A stretch of 43,585 nucleotides of DNA from an uncultured Clostridia bacterium (GTDB taxonomy: Bacteria > Bacillota > Clostridia > TANB77 > CAG-508): positions 1-43,585 of the forward strand of contig CANRQI010000002.1 in the NCBI GenBank assembly GCA_947632835.1, given 5' to 3'. Positions 34,514-43,433 of the stretch are shown here, one piece after another (positions within the stretch are counted from its first letter, which is position 1; each line of letters begins with the position of its first letter). Position numbers and translations under genes: made by a program. The notes under the pieces are model-generated. The model was not told the DNA's origin, did not search any database, and saw only the letters and a program-made list of their open reading frames with translations.

Positions 34514-36670
34514 ATGAGTATTATAACAAAGAAAATAGCAGAAGAGCTAAATATTAGAGAATCACAAGTAGAAAGTACAATAAAATTAATAGATGATGGA
34601 AATACAATACCATTTATTGCACGTTATAGAAAAGAAGTTACAGGAAATCTAAGTGATGAAATTTTAAGAACTTTAGATGAAAGGCTTAAATATCTTAGGA
34701 ATTTAGAGGCTAGGAAAGAAGAAATAATAAGATTAATTGATGAACAAGGTAAATTAACAGATGAACTTACTTTAAAAATTGCAAGTACAACAGTTTTGTC
34801 AGAATTAGAAGATATTTATAGACCTTTTAGACCTAAAAAAAGAACAAAGGCTACAATAGCTAAAGAGAAAGGTTTAGAGCCATTAAGTCAAATTATTTAT
34901 TTGCAAAAGGAAAAGAGAAATATATATGAAATTGCAGATGAATATATTAATGAGGAAAAAGGAGTTGCAACTAGAGAAGAAGCTATTAATGGAGCTTTAG
35001 ATATTATTGCTGAAAATATTTCTGATGATAGTGATTATAGAAAAAAGATAAAATCTATGAATTTTAGAGAAGCTGTGATTACTACAAAACAGGCGAAAGA
35101 AGAAAAATCACCTTATGAAATGTATTATGATTATAAAGAAGGAATTTTAAGGCTTCCAAGTCATAGAATTTTGGCTATAAATAGGGGAGAAAAGGAAGAA
35201 TTTTTAAAAGTAAAATTAGAAAGTCCAGATGAAAAAATATTAGAATATTTAGAAAAGCAAATTATCTTAGATAATAAAAGTCAATTTGCAGAGCTACTTT
35301 CAACTGCAATTTCAGATTCATATAAAAGATTGATAGCTCCAGGAATCGAAAGGGAGATAAGAAATAATTTAACTGAAAAAGCAGAAGAACAAGCAATAAA
35401 AGTATTTGGAAAAAATGCAAAACAATTACTTATGCAACCACCTATAAAAGATATTACAGTTATGGGCTTTGATCCAGCATATAGAACAGGTTGTAAAATA
35501 GCAGTAATTGATAAAACAGGAAAAGTTTTAGCTACAACAACTGTTTATCCAACAGAACCACAAAACGACGTAGAAGGAGCAAAAAAGGCTTTAAAAGATT
35601 TAATAAATAAATATGACGTTAACATGATTTCAATTGGAAATGGAACAGCCTCACGCGAATCAGAGGCATTTGTTTCAGACATGCTAAAAGAAATGGATAA
35701 AGATATATATTATGCAATTGTTAGTGAGGCGGGTGCTTCTGTATATTCTGCTTCAAAACTTGCTACTGAAGAATATCCAGATATAAATGTTTCTTTAAGA
35801 GGAGCAATTTCAATTGCAAGGCGTTTACAAGATCCATTATCAGAGCTTGTAAAAATTGATCCTAAATCAATAGGAGTTGGTCAATATCAACATGATGTTA
35901 ATCAAAAAAGATTAAGTGAGAGTATAACTGGTGTCGTAGAAGATGCTGTTAACTCTGTTGGTGTTGATGTAAATACTGCTACACCTTCATTACTTTCTTA
36001 TGTATCTGGAATAAATGGAACAATTGCTAAAAATATAGTAAAATATAGAGATGAAAATGGTGAAATAAAACAAAGAAAAGATTTACTTAAAGTTCCAAAA
36101 TTAGGTCCAACAGCATACAAACAATGTGCAGGATTTATTAGAATTTTTAATGGAGAAAATCCTCTAGAAATTACAGCAGTTCATCCAGAAAGTTATGATG
36201 TAGCTAAAAAGTTATTAACAAAATTGGGATATTCTGTGGAAAACATTTTGGAAAAAGAAAAATTAGAGGAAATAAAAAAGGCTTTAAAAGAAGTTAATGT
36301 GGAAAAGATGGCAACAGAATTAAATGTAGGTGCATTAACTTTAAAAGATATAATAGAAGAAATTTCAAAACCGGGCAGAGATCCTAGAGAAAGTATGCCG
36401 AAGCCAGTATTAAGAAGTGATGTTTTAAAATTTGAAGATTTGCAAGATGGAATGGTATTAACAGGAACAGTTAGAAATGTTATTGATTTTGGAGCTTTTG
36501 TTGATATAGGAGTTAAATATGATGGTTTAGTTCATATTTCAGAAATGTCTGAAAAATTTGTAAGAAATCCATCAGAAATTGTTTCAGTAGGAGATGTAGT
36601 AAAAGTAAAAGTTATAAATATTGATAGTGAAAGGCATAAAGTTTCACTTAGTATGAAATTAGATAGATAA
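34514..36670 (+). CDS. tex: Transcription accessory protein Tex (S1 RNA-binding domain protein)
   Basis: N-terminal ...TIPFIARYRKE..., YqgF/RNaseH-like VMGFDPAYRTGCKIAVID, HhH region, C-terminal S1 domain GMVLTGTVRNVIDFGAFVDIG...GLVHISE. Confidence 0.95.
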   Translation: MSIITKKIAEELNIRESQVESTIKLIDDGNTIPFIARYRKEVTGNLSDEILRTLDERLKYLRNLEARKEEIIRLIDEQGKLTDELTLKIASTTVLSELEDIYRPFRPKKRTKATIAKEKGLEPLSQIIYLQKEKRNIYEIADEYINEEKGVATREEAINGALDIIAENISDDSDYRKKIKSMNFREAVITTKQAKEEKSPYEMYYDYKEGILRLPSHRILAINRGEKEEFLKVKLESPDEKILEYLEKQIILDNKSQFAELLSTAISDSYKRLIAPGIEREIRNNLTEKAEEQAIKVFGKNAKQLLMQPPIKDITVMGFDPAYRTGCKIAVIDKTGKVLATTTVYPTEPQNDVEGAKKALKDLINKYDVNMISIGNGTASRESEAFVSDMLKEMDKDIYYAIVSEAGASVYSASKLATEEYPDINVSLRGAISIARRLQDPLSELVKIDPKSIGVGQYQHDVNQKRLSESITGVVEDAVNSVGVDVNTATPSLLSYVSGINGTIAKNIVKYRDENGEIKQRKDLLKVPKLGPTAYKQCAGFIRIFNGENPLEITAVHPESYDVAKKLLTKLGYSVENILEKEKLEEIKKALKEVNVEKMATELNVGALTLKDIIEEISKPGRDPRESMPKPVLRSDVLKFEDLQDGMVLTGTVRNVIDFGAFVDIGVKYDGLVHISEMSEKFVRNPSEIVSVGDVVKVKVINIDSERHKVSLSMKLDR

Positions 36671-36673
36671 TGA

Positions 36674-36720
36674 AAAAGTATCCTAAAATTATTAAAATTT
36701 TGATTTTAGGATACTTTTTT
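36674..36720. terminator. Bidirectional terminator between tex and the convergent membrane-protein gene
   Basis: AAAAGTATCCTAAAAT / ATTTTAGGATACTTTT 16-bp stem with an A-run before and a T-run after. Confidence 0.75.
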
Positions 36721-36727
36721 ATAAAAG

Positions 36728-37528
36728 TTATACTTTAGTTTTATTTTTCAAATCTTGATTTTTTATATCATCATAAAACATTGAAATACTAGTTGTTGTA
36801 TAAGGTTTTAAAATTGCATCAAATAAAATAACAAATGGTGTTAAAAATTGAGCAGGAATGAACTTATTAAAAATAAACAAAATTATTGACATTAATATTA
36901 TCCATGGAAGAAATGATAATATTAAAAGTATATAGTTAAATATGTTGCCTTTCATTGTATCTCTTGAATTTTCTACAATTTCTTTTGCTGAAAATTCAGG
37001 ATGTTCAACACTAACATAAGGAACAATGATAAATTTTAATATAAAATAAATTAAAACAAAACTCATTGCTAAAAATAATATAGTTGAAAAATAAATGTAG
37101 TTAGGCGAAAAACATAAAAAACTTTTATTATTGCTATATGCTATTGATGTACCTAAATGGTAAAATGTTGCTAATCCAAAAAGTACAAGTGGTATAGCAA
37201 TTTTTACAATAATATGAAAAAGTATTTTTGCATATTTTGTAAAGTTTAAAAGACTATTATCTAAAAATTTACTTATTCCTTTTGATTTATTATCAGTTAA
37301 GTTTATAATATTTACTGTAATTCCAATAGCTAAAGTAAAAGATATAATTGAGAATATTGCTTCAATAATAATTTCTAATATTTGTTGATTTAATTTTAAT
37401 ATGATAAATTTAAGTAAATAAGTTAAAACTAAAACTATAATAAAATATATTAAAGCTGAAAACACACATTTTAAGTAATTACCACTTAATTTTAATTTTG
37501 CATTTTTTTTCATATCTTGTATAGTCAT
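36728..37528 (-). CDS. Polytopic membrane protein (DUF975-like), last gene of the HK / REC-HD-GYP operon
   Basis: N-terminal MKKNAKLKLSGNY... followed by six or so hydrophobic helices. The ATG at 37528 (MTIQDMKK) is preferred over the upstream TTG. Confidence 0.55.
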   Translation of the reverse strand: MTIQDMKKNAKLKLSGNYLKCVFSALIYFIIVLVLTYLLKFIILKLNQQILEIIIEAIFSIISFTLAIGITVNIINLTDNKSKGISKFLDNSLLNFTKYAKILFHIIVKIAIPLVLFGLATFYHLGTSIAYSNNKSFLCFSPNYIYFSTILFLAMSFVLIYFILKFIIVPYVSVEHPEFSAKEIVENSRDTMKGNIFNYILLILSFLPWIILMSIILFIFNKFIPAQFLTPFVILFDAILKPYTTTSISMFYDDIKNQDLKNKTKV

Positions 37529-37551
37529 AGATTCTAGTCCTTTCAATATAA

Positions 37552-38613
37552 TTATTCAGTTGTAGAAAATTTATTTTGTATTTCTAAAATTTCATCATAA
37601 TGATTGTCTAATATATCTAAAAATACTTTTGCAATTTTTGGATCAAATTGAGTTCCAGAACATTTTATAATCTCACCTTTAACAACCTCTAAAGGTAAAG
37701 CATTTCTATAAGAACGTCTAGAAGTCATTGCATCAAAAGTATCTGCAACCGCTGCAATTCTTGCAAAAAATGGTATGTCATCACCAGCTAATTTTCCAGG
37801 ATAACCTGTACCATCATATTTTTCATGATGATGATAAACAATAGGTATCATATCTTTAAATATAGTTGCATTTGAAAGTATATGTTTTCCAATAGATGGG
37901 TGATTTTTAATTTCATTGTATTCTTCATCTGTAAGTTTAGATTGTTTTAAAAGAATACTATCAGGAATTCCTATTTTTCCAATATCATGAAAAAGTCCAC
38001 CAATTTTAAGAGTTTTTAAATCTTGATCAGATAATCCCATATATTTTCCAATTAATACTGAATATGCAGATACTCTATCAGAATGTCCTCTAGTGTATTT
38101 ATCTTTGGCTTCAACGGTATATCTTAAAGTTTCAATACTTTCTAAATATGCTTTTTCCAATTCTTTATTAGATTGTTTTAATTGGTTATTAATTTCATTT
38201 ATAACCTTCATTTGTTCAATAGATTTTATAGCAGATTCAATTAGAAGTAATAATTGATCAAATTTATCACTTTTTTCACAATATCCTTGAATTGACAATT
38301 TTCTAATTGTTTCTAGTGGTGGAGCTAAATCCTTATGACCAGTTAGTAATAAAATATATAATTCTGAATTAAATTTTCTAATTTCCTCTACAACTTTATC
38401 TCCATGAATAGGTGTCATAATAAAATCAAGTAACATTAAATCAAAATGTTCATTTCGTACACGCTCTATAGCTTCTAATGGATTAGTTATACCTGTTAAT
38501 TGATAACCAGAACGTTTTAAAAATACTGATAAAGAATCTATAATACCACCTTCATCATCAACTGCTATAATTTTATATGGTTTCTGTTCAATTCCCTGTT
38601 CTGAATGACGCAT
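37552..38613 (-). CDS. Response regulator with HD-GYP output domain (RpfG-type c-di-GMP phosphodiesterase)
   Basis: REC: IIAVDDEGG...LMLLDFIMTPIHG...LLLTGHKD. HD-GYP: RGHSDRV, FHDIGKIGIP, HHHEKYDGTGYP. Confidence 0.9.
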   Translation of the reverse strand: MRHSEQGIEQKPYKIIAVDDEGGIIDSLSVFLKRSGYQLTGITNPLEAIERVRNEHFDLMLLDFIMTPIHGDKVVEEIRKFNSELYILLLTGHKDLAPPLETIRKLSIQGYCEKSDKFDQLLLLIESAIKSIEQMKVINEINNQLKQSNKELEKAYLESIETLRYTVEAKDKYTRGHSDRVSAYSVLIGKYMGLSDQDLKTLKIGGLFHDIGKIGIPDSILLKQSKLTDEEYNEIKNHPSIGKHILSNATIFKDMIPIVYHHHEKYDGTGYPGKLAGDDIPFFARIAAVADTFDAMTSRRSYRNALPLEVVKGEIIKCSGTQFDPKIAKVFLDILDNHYDEILEIQNKFSTTE

Positions 38614-38640
38614 ATATAATAAACCCCCTTAATATTTTGC

Positions 38641-40458
38641 TTAATTAATTGGAATTGGAAGAGTAATAGTAAAAGTAGTTCCTTTTCCAAGTTCAGATTC
38701 AAAAGTTAAATTACCATTGAATTGTGTTTTTAAGTTTGAATATGATATGAATAAACCAAGCCCAGTACCACTACTACCTTTTGTAGTTATGATTTCTTTG
38801 AATAATTTTTCTTTAATTGTAGGCTCAATTCCACATCCATGGTCAGCAATAGTAATTGTTAAAAGACTATTACTATTTTCAATGTTTATATCAATAGATT
38901 TATTTGGTGCTCCATTATAAGATTGAATACCATTTGAAATAAGGTTATTCATAATTTGTATTAAACTATTGATATTTCCATGTAAAGATATTTCTTTATT
39001 TAAATTATAAGAAATATTTAATGTAACTAAAGATTGTTGCAATTCATGCTTCATAAGAATATTAACACGTTTCATAACTTCATCAATTGAAAAAGTTTCG
39101 AAAGTATTTTCTGTAAATGAAGCAGCTTGTCCACGAATAGCTGTTACAATGTCAGACATATAAGTTGTGTATTGTTTAATTTTTTCAACCCAGTCAGACA
39201 TATCTTTTGCAATAGCTATATGGTCTTCTGTAGTTACAGTTTTATCTGTAATAGAAGAAGAATATTCGTTTACTAAATCTGATAGTCCTTCAGTAGCACC
39301 AACTATAGAAAATATAGGTGTTTTTAAATTGTGAGCAACTCCACTAATCATTTGACCTAGAGAAGCTAAACGTTCTTTTTCAATAAGTATGTTTTGGTTT
39401 GATTTAATTATTTCCAAATCTTTATGATGTTCAGTAACATCTTTAATTAAGATTAAAGCACCTATAAATAAATCATCAGATTTTATATTATTAATTTCTA
39501 ATCTTAAAAATTTTTGTATATTTTTAAATTCTAATTCGAAAATTAAAGTTTCATTAGAATCTTTAACAGATTTTAAAGCACTAATAATTAAAGATTCATC
39601 TAATCCTTTAAATTGTTCAAATGCTAATAAATCAAATAAATGTAGCGAATCAATATTTTCATTTTGTAATTTAAAAATATCTATAAAAGTAAGATTATGA
39701 TTTGTTATTATATTTTTTTCATTTAAAACTATATATCCATCCGAAATTCTATTAACTATTTTTGTTAAAGCAATTGGCAATGTGTCTAATATTTGATATT
39801 TGAATAATGCTAAAGTAAAACAAATTATTGAAATAGAAAGGGAAATTGGTGTTATATAAATAGTTACATCAATTATTTTTAAAGCTCCAAGTATGTTTAG
39901 GAAAAATGGAAATACAATTCCTATTAAAAATAATCCTAATTGTTGAGAAAATAATCCAGAATTTCTCCTAAAATATTTTAATAATTGAATTACTGATATA
40001 ATGTATAAAATATATGAATATATTTCATTTACAACAAATAAAGGTCCAAAAGAACATTCATTTAAATTTAAATCATAATTTGTAAAAAATAAATGTGTTT
40101 TTTCATTAGTCCATAAACCTACTAAACAAACTAATGGAATAATAAATAAAAGTAAATATTTGGGTTTAAAATTTATTTTTGTTTGTACAAATATTAATAC
40201 TGTAAAATACAACGATATTGGAAAAAATACAATTCCAATATAATAAAAATATGCAAAATATATTGGGTCTATATTTAATATTGGAGATAATTGCATTTGT
40301 AAAAATATAAATATACAAGTTGTAATTAGTAAAATCATATTAACACTACATATTTGTTGTAATTGTGTTCTATTAATTTTTTTCAAAAAGTAAATTAAAA
40401 ATATTAAAATTATAGCTAATAGTACACCGATTGTAAATGAGTAAAATAATGTGTTCAT
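38641..40458 (-). CDS. Sensor histidine kinase with 7-TM type N-terminal domain and PAS-like linker
   Basis: H-box SGVAHNLKTPIFS, N-box IMNNLISNGIQS, G-boxes IADHGCGIE and GTGLGLFISY. Six to seven N-terminal hydrophobic helices. Confidence 0.85.
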   Translation of the reverse strand: MNTLFYSFTIGVLLAIILIFLIYFLKKINRTQLQQICSVNMILLITTCIFIFLQMQLSPILNIDPIYFAYFYYIGIVFFPISLYFTVLIFVQTKINFKPKYLLLFIIPLVCLVGLWTNEKTHLFFTNYDLNLNECSFGPLFVVNEIYSYILYIISVIQLLKYFRRNSGLFSQQLGLFLIGIVFPFFLNILGALKIIDVTIYITPISLSISIICFTLALFKYQILDTLPIALTKIVNRISDGYIVLNEKNIITNHNLTFIDIFKLQNENIDSLHLFDLLAFEQFKGLDESLIISALKSVKDSNETLIFELEFKNIQKFLRLEINNIKSDDLFIGALILIKDVTEHHKDLEIIKSNQNILIEKERLASLGQMISGVAHNLKTPIFSIVGATEGLSDLVNEYSSSITDKTVTTEDHIAIAKDMSDWVEKIKQYTTYMSDIVTAIRGQAASFTENTFETFSIDEVMKRVNILMKHELQQSLVTLNISYNLNKEISLHGNINSLIQIMNNLISNGIQSYNGAPNKSIDINIENSNSLLTITIADHGCGIEPTIKEKLFKEIITTKGSSGTGLGLFISYSNLKTQFNGNLTFESELGKGTTFTITLPIPIN

Positions 40459-40570
40459 TTTTTTTAAATCCCCTTCTTCTTATGTGACATTTATACATAT
40501 ATATTATCTATTTAATATTGAAATAAGTCAATACTTTTTTATTTTAAGTTTTGATACTTTTTAATAGTTA

Positions 40571-40704
40571 TGAAAAATATATGTTTTATGAAGTTGTTTC
40601 GTGGGGACCGGCTAGCTACAGTCTGTTAAATTTTATGTTCCACAGAATTTTAAAATTTTACAGACTGTGCGTTGTTGGGAGAACGAATAAAACATATATT
40701 TTCA
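40571..40704 (+). repeat. MITE-like element, family A, copy 3 (opposite orientation to A1/A2)
   Basis: TIR TGAAAAATATATGTTTTAT / ATAAAACATATATTTTCA, GTGGGGACCG at 40601-40610, TTGGGAGAA at 40674-40682, TA on both flanks (40569-70, 40705-06). Confidence 0.85.
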
Positions 40705-40795
40705 TAATTATAAAAAACACAAAGATTTAAAATAAAAAAGTATATAATTTCAAAAAAATGGAAAAATATAATAAAATAAAAAAGGAGATTGACTA

Positions 40796-41884
40796 ATGTA
40801 TTATGAAAAGAAGAAAAGTAATAGTTTATGGTTTATTTTAATAATATTTTTTTTAATAATTATTATAAGTATATTAATTAATTTAATAAATAAAATTGAT
40901 ATAAATATAAATGAAAATATGGAGGAGACTACTTTAGCTGGAACAGATACAGTTTTAAATGATTTTGATATTGAAAGTTTGGTAAAAAATACAATATATT
41001 CGGTAGTTGGAGTATCGAAATTTAGCACAAATAATACATCAATTTTTGTAGAAAATTCAGAAGAAAAACTTGGAATAGGGAGTGGAATAATAATTACTTC
41101 TGATGGATATATTTTAACAAATCAGAGTATAGCTGGTGAAAGAGAAAGTACTTGCTATGTTACTTTAAAAAATGGTACAGTTTATCCAGCAGAAGTTGTT
41201 TGGATAAATAGAAATTTGGATATTGCAATAATAAAAATTTCGGCTAATAATTTACTCGCTTTATCTATGGGAGATTCAGATAATTGTAGCTTAGGTGAAG
41301 AAATTTATATGATTAGTAATCCAATAGGATATAATTTTAACCAAAATCTTCAAATTGGTATAATTAGTGAAATAAATAAAACTTTAAAAATTGTAAATGA
41401 ACAATCTGAAATATATGTTGAAGATATAATGAAAATGAACAATACTATAAGTTCTGAGCAAACAGGTAGTCCAATTTTAAATATAGATGGGGAAGTAATA
41501 GGCATTTCATCTAGTAAGCTAAATGTTATTATTCCAATAAATAGAATAAAAACGATAATTGAAAAGTATGAAACAAATGGAGATTTTGAAGAAGCATATT
41601 TAGGAGTTTATGGTTTTGATTATGATGTTATAAGATATCTTAATTTAGGAATAGACATAAATTCAGGTGTTTATATTGAAAAAATAGAAGAAAATAGTCC
41701 AGCAAAAGAAAAAATATTTTCAGGTGATATAATAACGAAAATAGATAATAATGAAATTAGAAATATGGTAGAGCTTAGCAATTATTTATATACTAAAATT
41801 CCAGGAGATAAAATTCTATTGAGTGTTATACGAGATGCGAAGCAATTGGAAATTGAAATAGAATTAAGCAAAATTAGAATTTAG
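40796..41884 (+). CDS. HtrA/DegP-like trypsin-fold plus PDZ protein with a degenerate catalytic triad
   Basis: N-terminal TM, then GIGSGIIITSDGYILTNQSI (His position is Ser), DIAIIKI (Asp kept), ISSEQTGSPILN (GNSGGP replaced; Ser position is Thr). PDZ-like C-terminus (GVYIEKIEENSPAKE...GDIITKIDN). Confidence 0.75.
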   Translation: MYYEKKKSNSLWFILIIFFLIIIISILINLINKIDININENMEETTLAGTDTVLNDFDIESLVKNTIYSVVGVSKFSTNNTSIFVENSEEKLGIGSGIIITSDGYILTNQSIAGERESTCYVTLKNGTVYPAEVVWINRNLDIAIIKISANNLLALSMGDSDNCSLGEEIYMISNPIGYNFNQNLQIGIISEINKTLKIVNEQSEIYVEDIMKMNNTISSEQTGSPILNIDGEVIGISSSKLNVIIPINRIKTIIEKYETNGDFEEAYLGVYGFDYDVIRYLNLGIDINSGVYIEKIEENSPAKEKIFSGDIITKIDNNEIRNMVELSNYLYTKIPGDKILLSVIRDAKQLEIEIELSKIRI

Positions 41885-41959
41885 ATACTTTCTAAGTTCT
41901 ATTTTTTTTTATAAAAAATATATTTTAATATTAGATTTTAATATTTTTTGGAGGCCATT

Positions 41960-42514
41960 ATGGGAATTTTTCAAATATTATTGATAGCAATAGGATTAGC
42001 AATGGATGCATTTGCAGTTTCGGTTTGTAAAGGATTAAGAATGCAAAAAATTGATTATAAATATTCCGCAATTTTATCAGCTTTTTTTGGAATTTTCCAA
42101 GCATTAATGCCACTTTCAGGTTGGATTATTGGAATAAAGTTTGCAAAATACATTGAATTTATAGATCATTGGTTAGCTTTTATTTTACTTACAGCGATAG
42201 GTGGAAAAATGATTTGTGAGGCTTTTGAAAATAAAGACAATTTAGATGAAACAAATTATGATTATCGAGAAATGTTTGCACTTGCAATAGCTACAAGCAT
42301 AGATGCACTAGCAGTAGGAATAATGTTTGCAATGCTTGAAGTTAATATAATTGTAGCAATTTTAATAATAGGAATTATAGCATATATATTATCGTTTTTA
42401 GGAGTAATGATAGGAAACCGTTATGGAGTGAAATATAAGAAAAAAGCTGAAATAGCAGGTGGAATAATTTTAGTTTTTATAGGATTAAAAGTTTTACTAG
42501 AAGATATTTTATAG
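41960..42514 (+). CDS. mntP: Manganese efflux pump MntP
   Basis: Duplicated DAFAVS-type motifs (LAMDAFAVSVCKG and ATSIDALAVGIMF). ATG at 41960 follows GGAGG; the upstream TTG of the ORF track is less likely. Confidence 0.85.
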   Translation: MGIFQILLIAIGLAMDAFAVSVCKGLRMQKIDYKYSAILSAFFGIFQALMPLSGWIIGIKFAKYIEFIDHWLAFILLTAIGGKMICEAFENKDNLDETNYDYREMFALAIATSIDALAVGIMFAMLEVNIIVAILIIGIIAYILSFLGVMIGNRYGVKYKKKAEIAGGIILVFIGLKVLLEDIL

Positions 42515-42540
42515 AACATTTGTATAATATATAAAATAAA

Positions 42541-42573
42541 AAACCCCGTTTCTCAATAGAAGAACGGGGTTTC
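42541..42573 (+). terminator. G+C-rich hairpin after mntP whose U-tract is cut short by the compositional junction
   Basis: AAACCCCGTT (42541-42550) pairs with AACGGGGTTT (42563-42572). Only TTT follows before the G+C-rich sequence starts. Confidence 0.6.
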
Positions 42574-42689
42574 TGAACCTTGATTTTTGACCCTTGACTC
42601 GCACCGACCGCGAGTCATTCTCCGAGCAGTATCTGCTCCGCTATACCGCGTATACTGCCGGAGAATATTTTGAGAAAGGTGGCAGAGGA

Positions 42690-43415
42690 TTACGGCAAAC
42701 GCCGTCTTCCTCCGCTTATCCCTACAATTATTCCTTCGACCAATGGCCAAAGGATAATTGTAAGGCAGACTAGAGTCTGTACTCCATCTTCAGTTATCCA
42801 TCTTCCGATGGAATATCCGAAGAAAATCCCTAAATACAACATCCTCACCATCCAAACGATGGCAAGAATGCGCATGATTCTTAAAGTCAGTCTGGACTGA
42901 CTAAAGAACCACGCCCCAATAATAAGTGTGATTGCACTGATAAACGGCATTATCAGCGCTATTACTGCCAGAAGGCTGGAGAACCCTCCGGCAAACATCC
43001 TTGAAAAAACTGTTTCCCAGTCTTTCAAGAATACATACACTTTATTGACAACCGTGTCGGGATTGCCAATAAAGTATAATAGACGGATTACACATACCAT
43101 TAATATCGCCACAAAGACGACAATAAATGGTAATGTGTTTCTGGCTCTACCATCCTTGATTGGATGGTAAAACCAGACATTTATCCTAGCCTGGAGCGTA
43201 TCGGACAACCGCCCCAAGACCTCGAATATTCCTAGTACTAACCCATACATAAGTATGGGCTGGACCAGGATGGTCCATGAACACATAACCATCTCGCTAA
43301 AGATGGTTGCGTCCATAATTTCACTCCAGAACAGCACAAATGCTATTCCGGAGATAAAACACCAGGTTAACATCATGGTCATAACAGCCATGAATGTTCT
43401 ATGTCCGTTAGTCAT
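42690..43415 (-). CDS. Polytopic membrane protein of unknown function in the G+C-rich terminal segment
   Basis: 241-aa ORF with strong RBS (AAAGGAGGAGTAATCATG) and about six hydrophobic helices. Composition and codon usage are unlike the rest of the window; CGG is used in frame at 43211-43209 and 42704-42702. Confidence 0.65.
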   Translation of the reverse strand: MTNGHRTFMAVMTMMLTWCFISGIAFVLFWSEIMDATIFSEMVMCSWTILVQPILMYGLVLGIFEVLGRLSDTLQARINVWFYHPIKDGRARNTLPFIVVFVAILMVCVIRLLYFIGNPDTVVNKVYVFLKDWETVFSRMFAGGFSSLLAVIALIMPFISAITLIIGAWFFSQSRLTLRIMRILAIVWMVRMLYLGIFFGYSIGRWITEDGVQTLVCLTIILWPLVEGIIVGISGGRRRLP

Positions 43416-43433
43416 GATTACTCCTCCTTTTAT

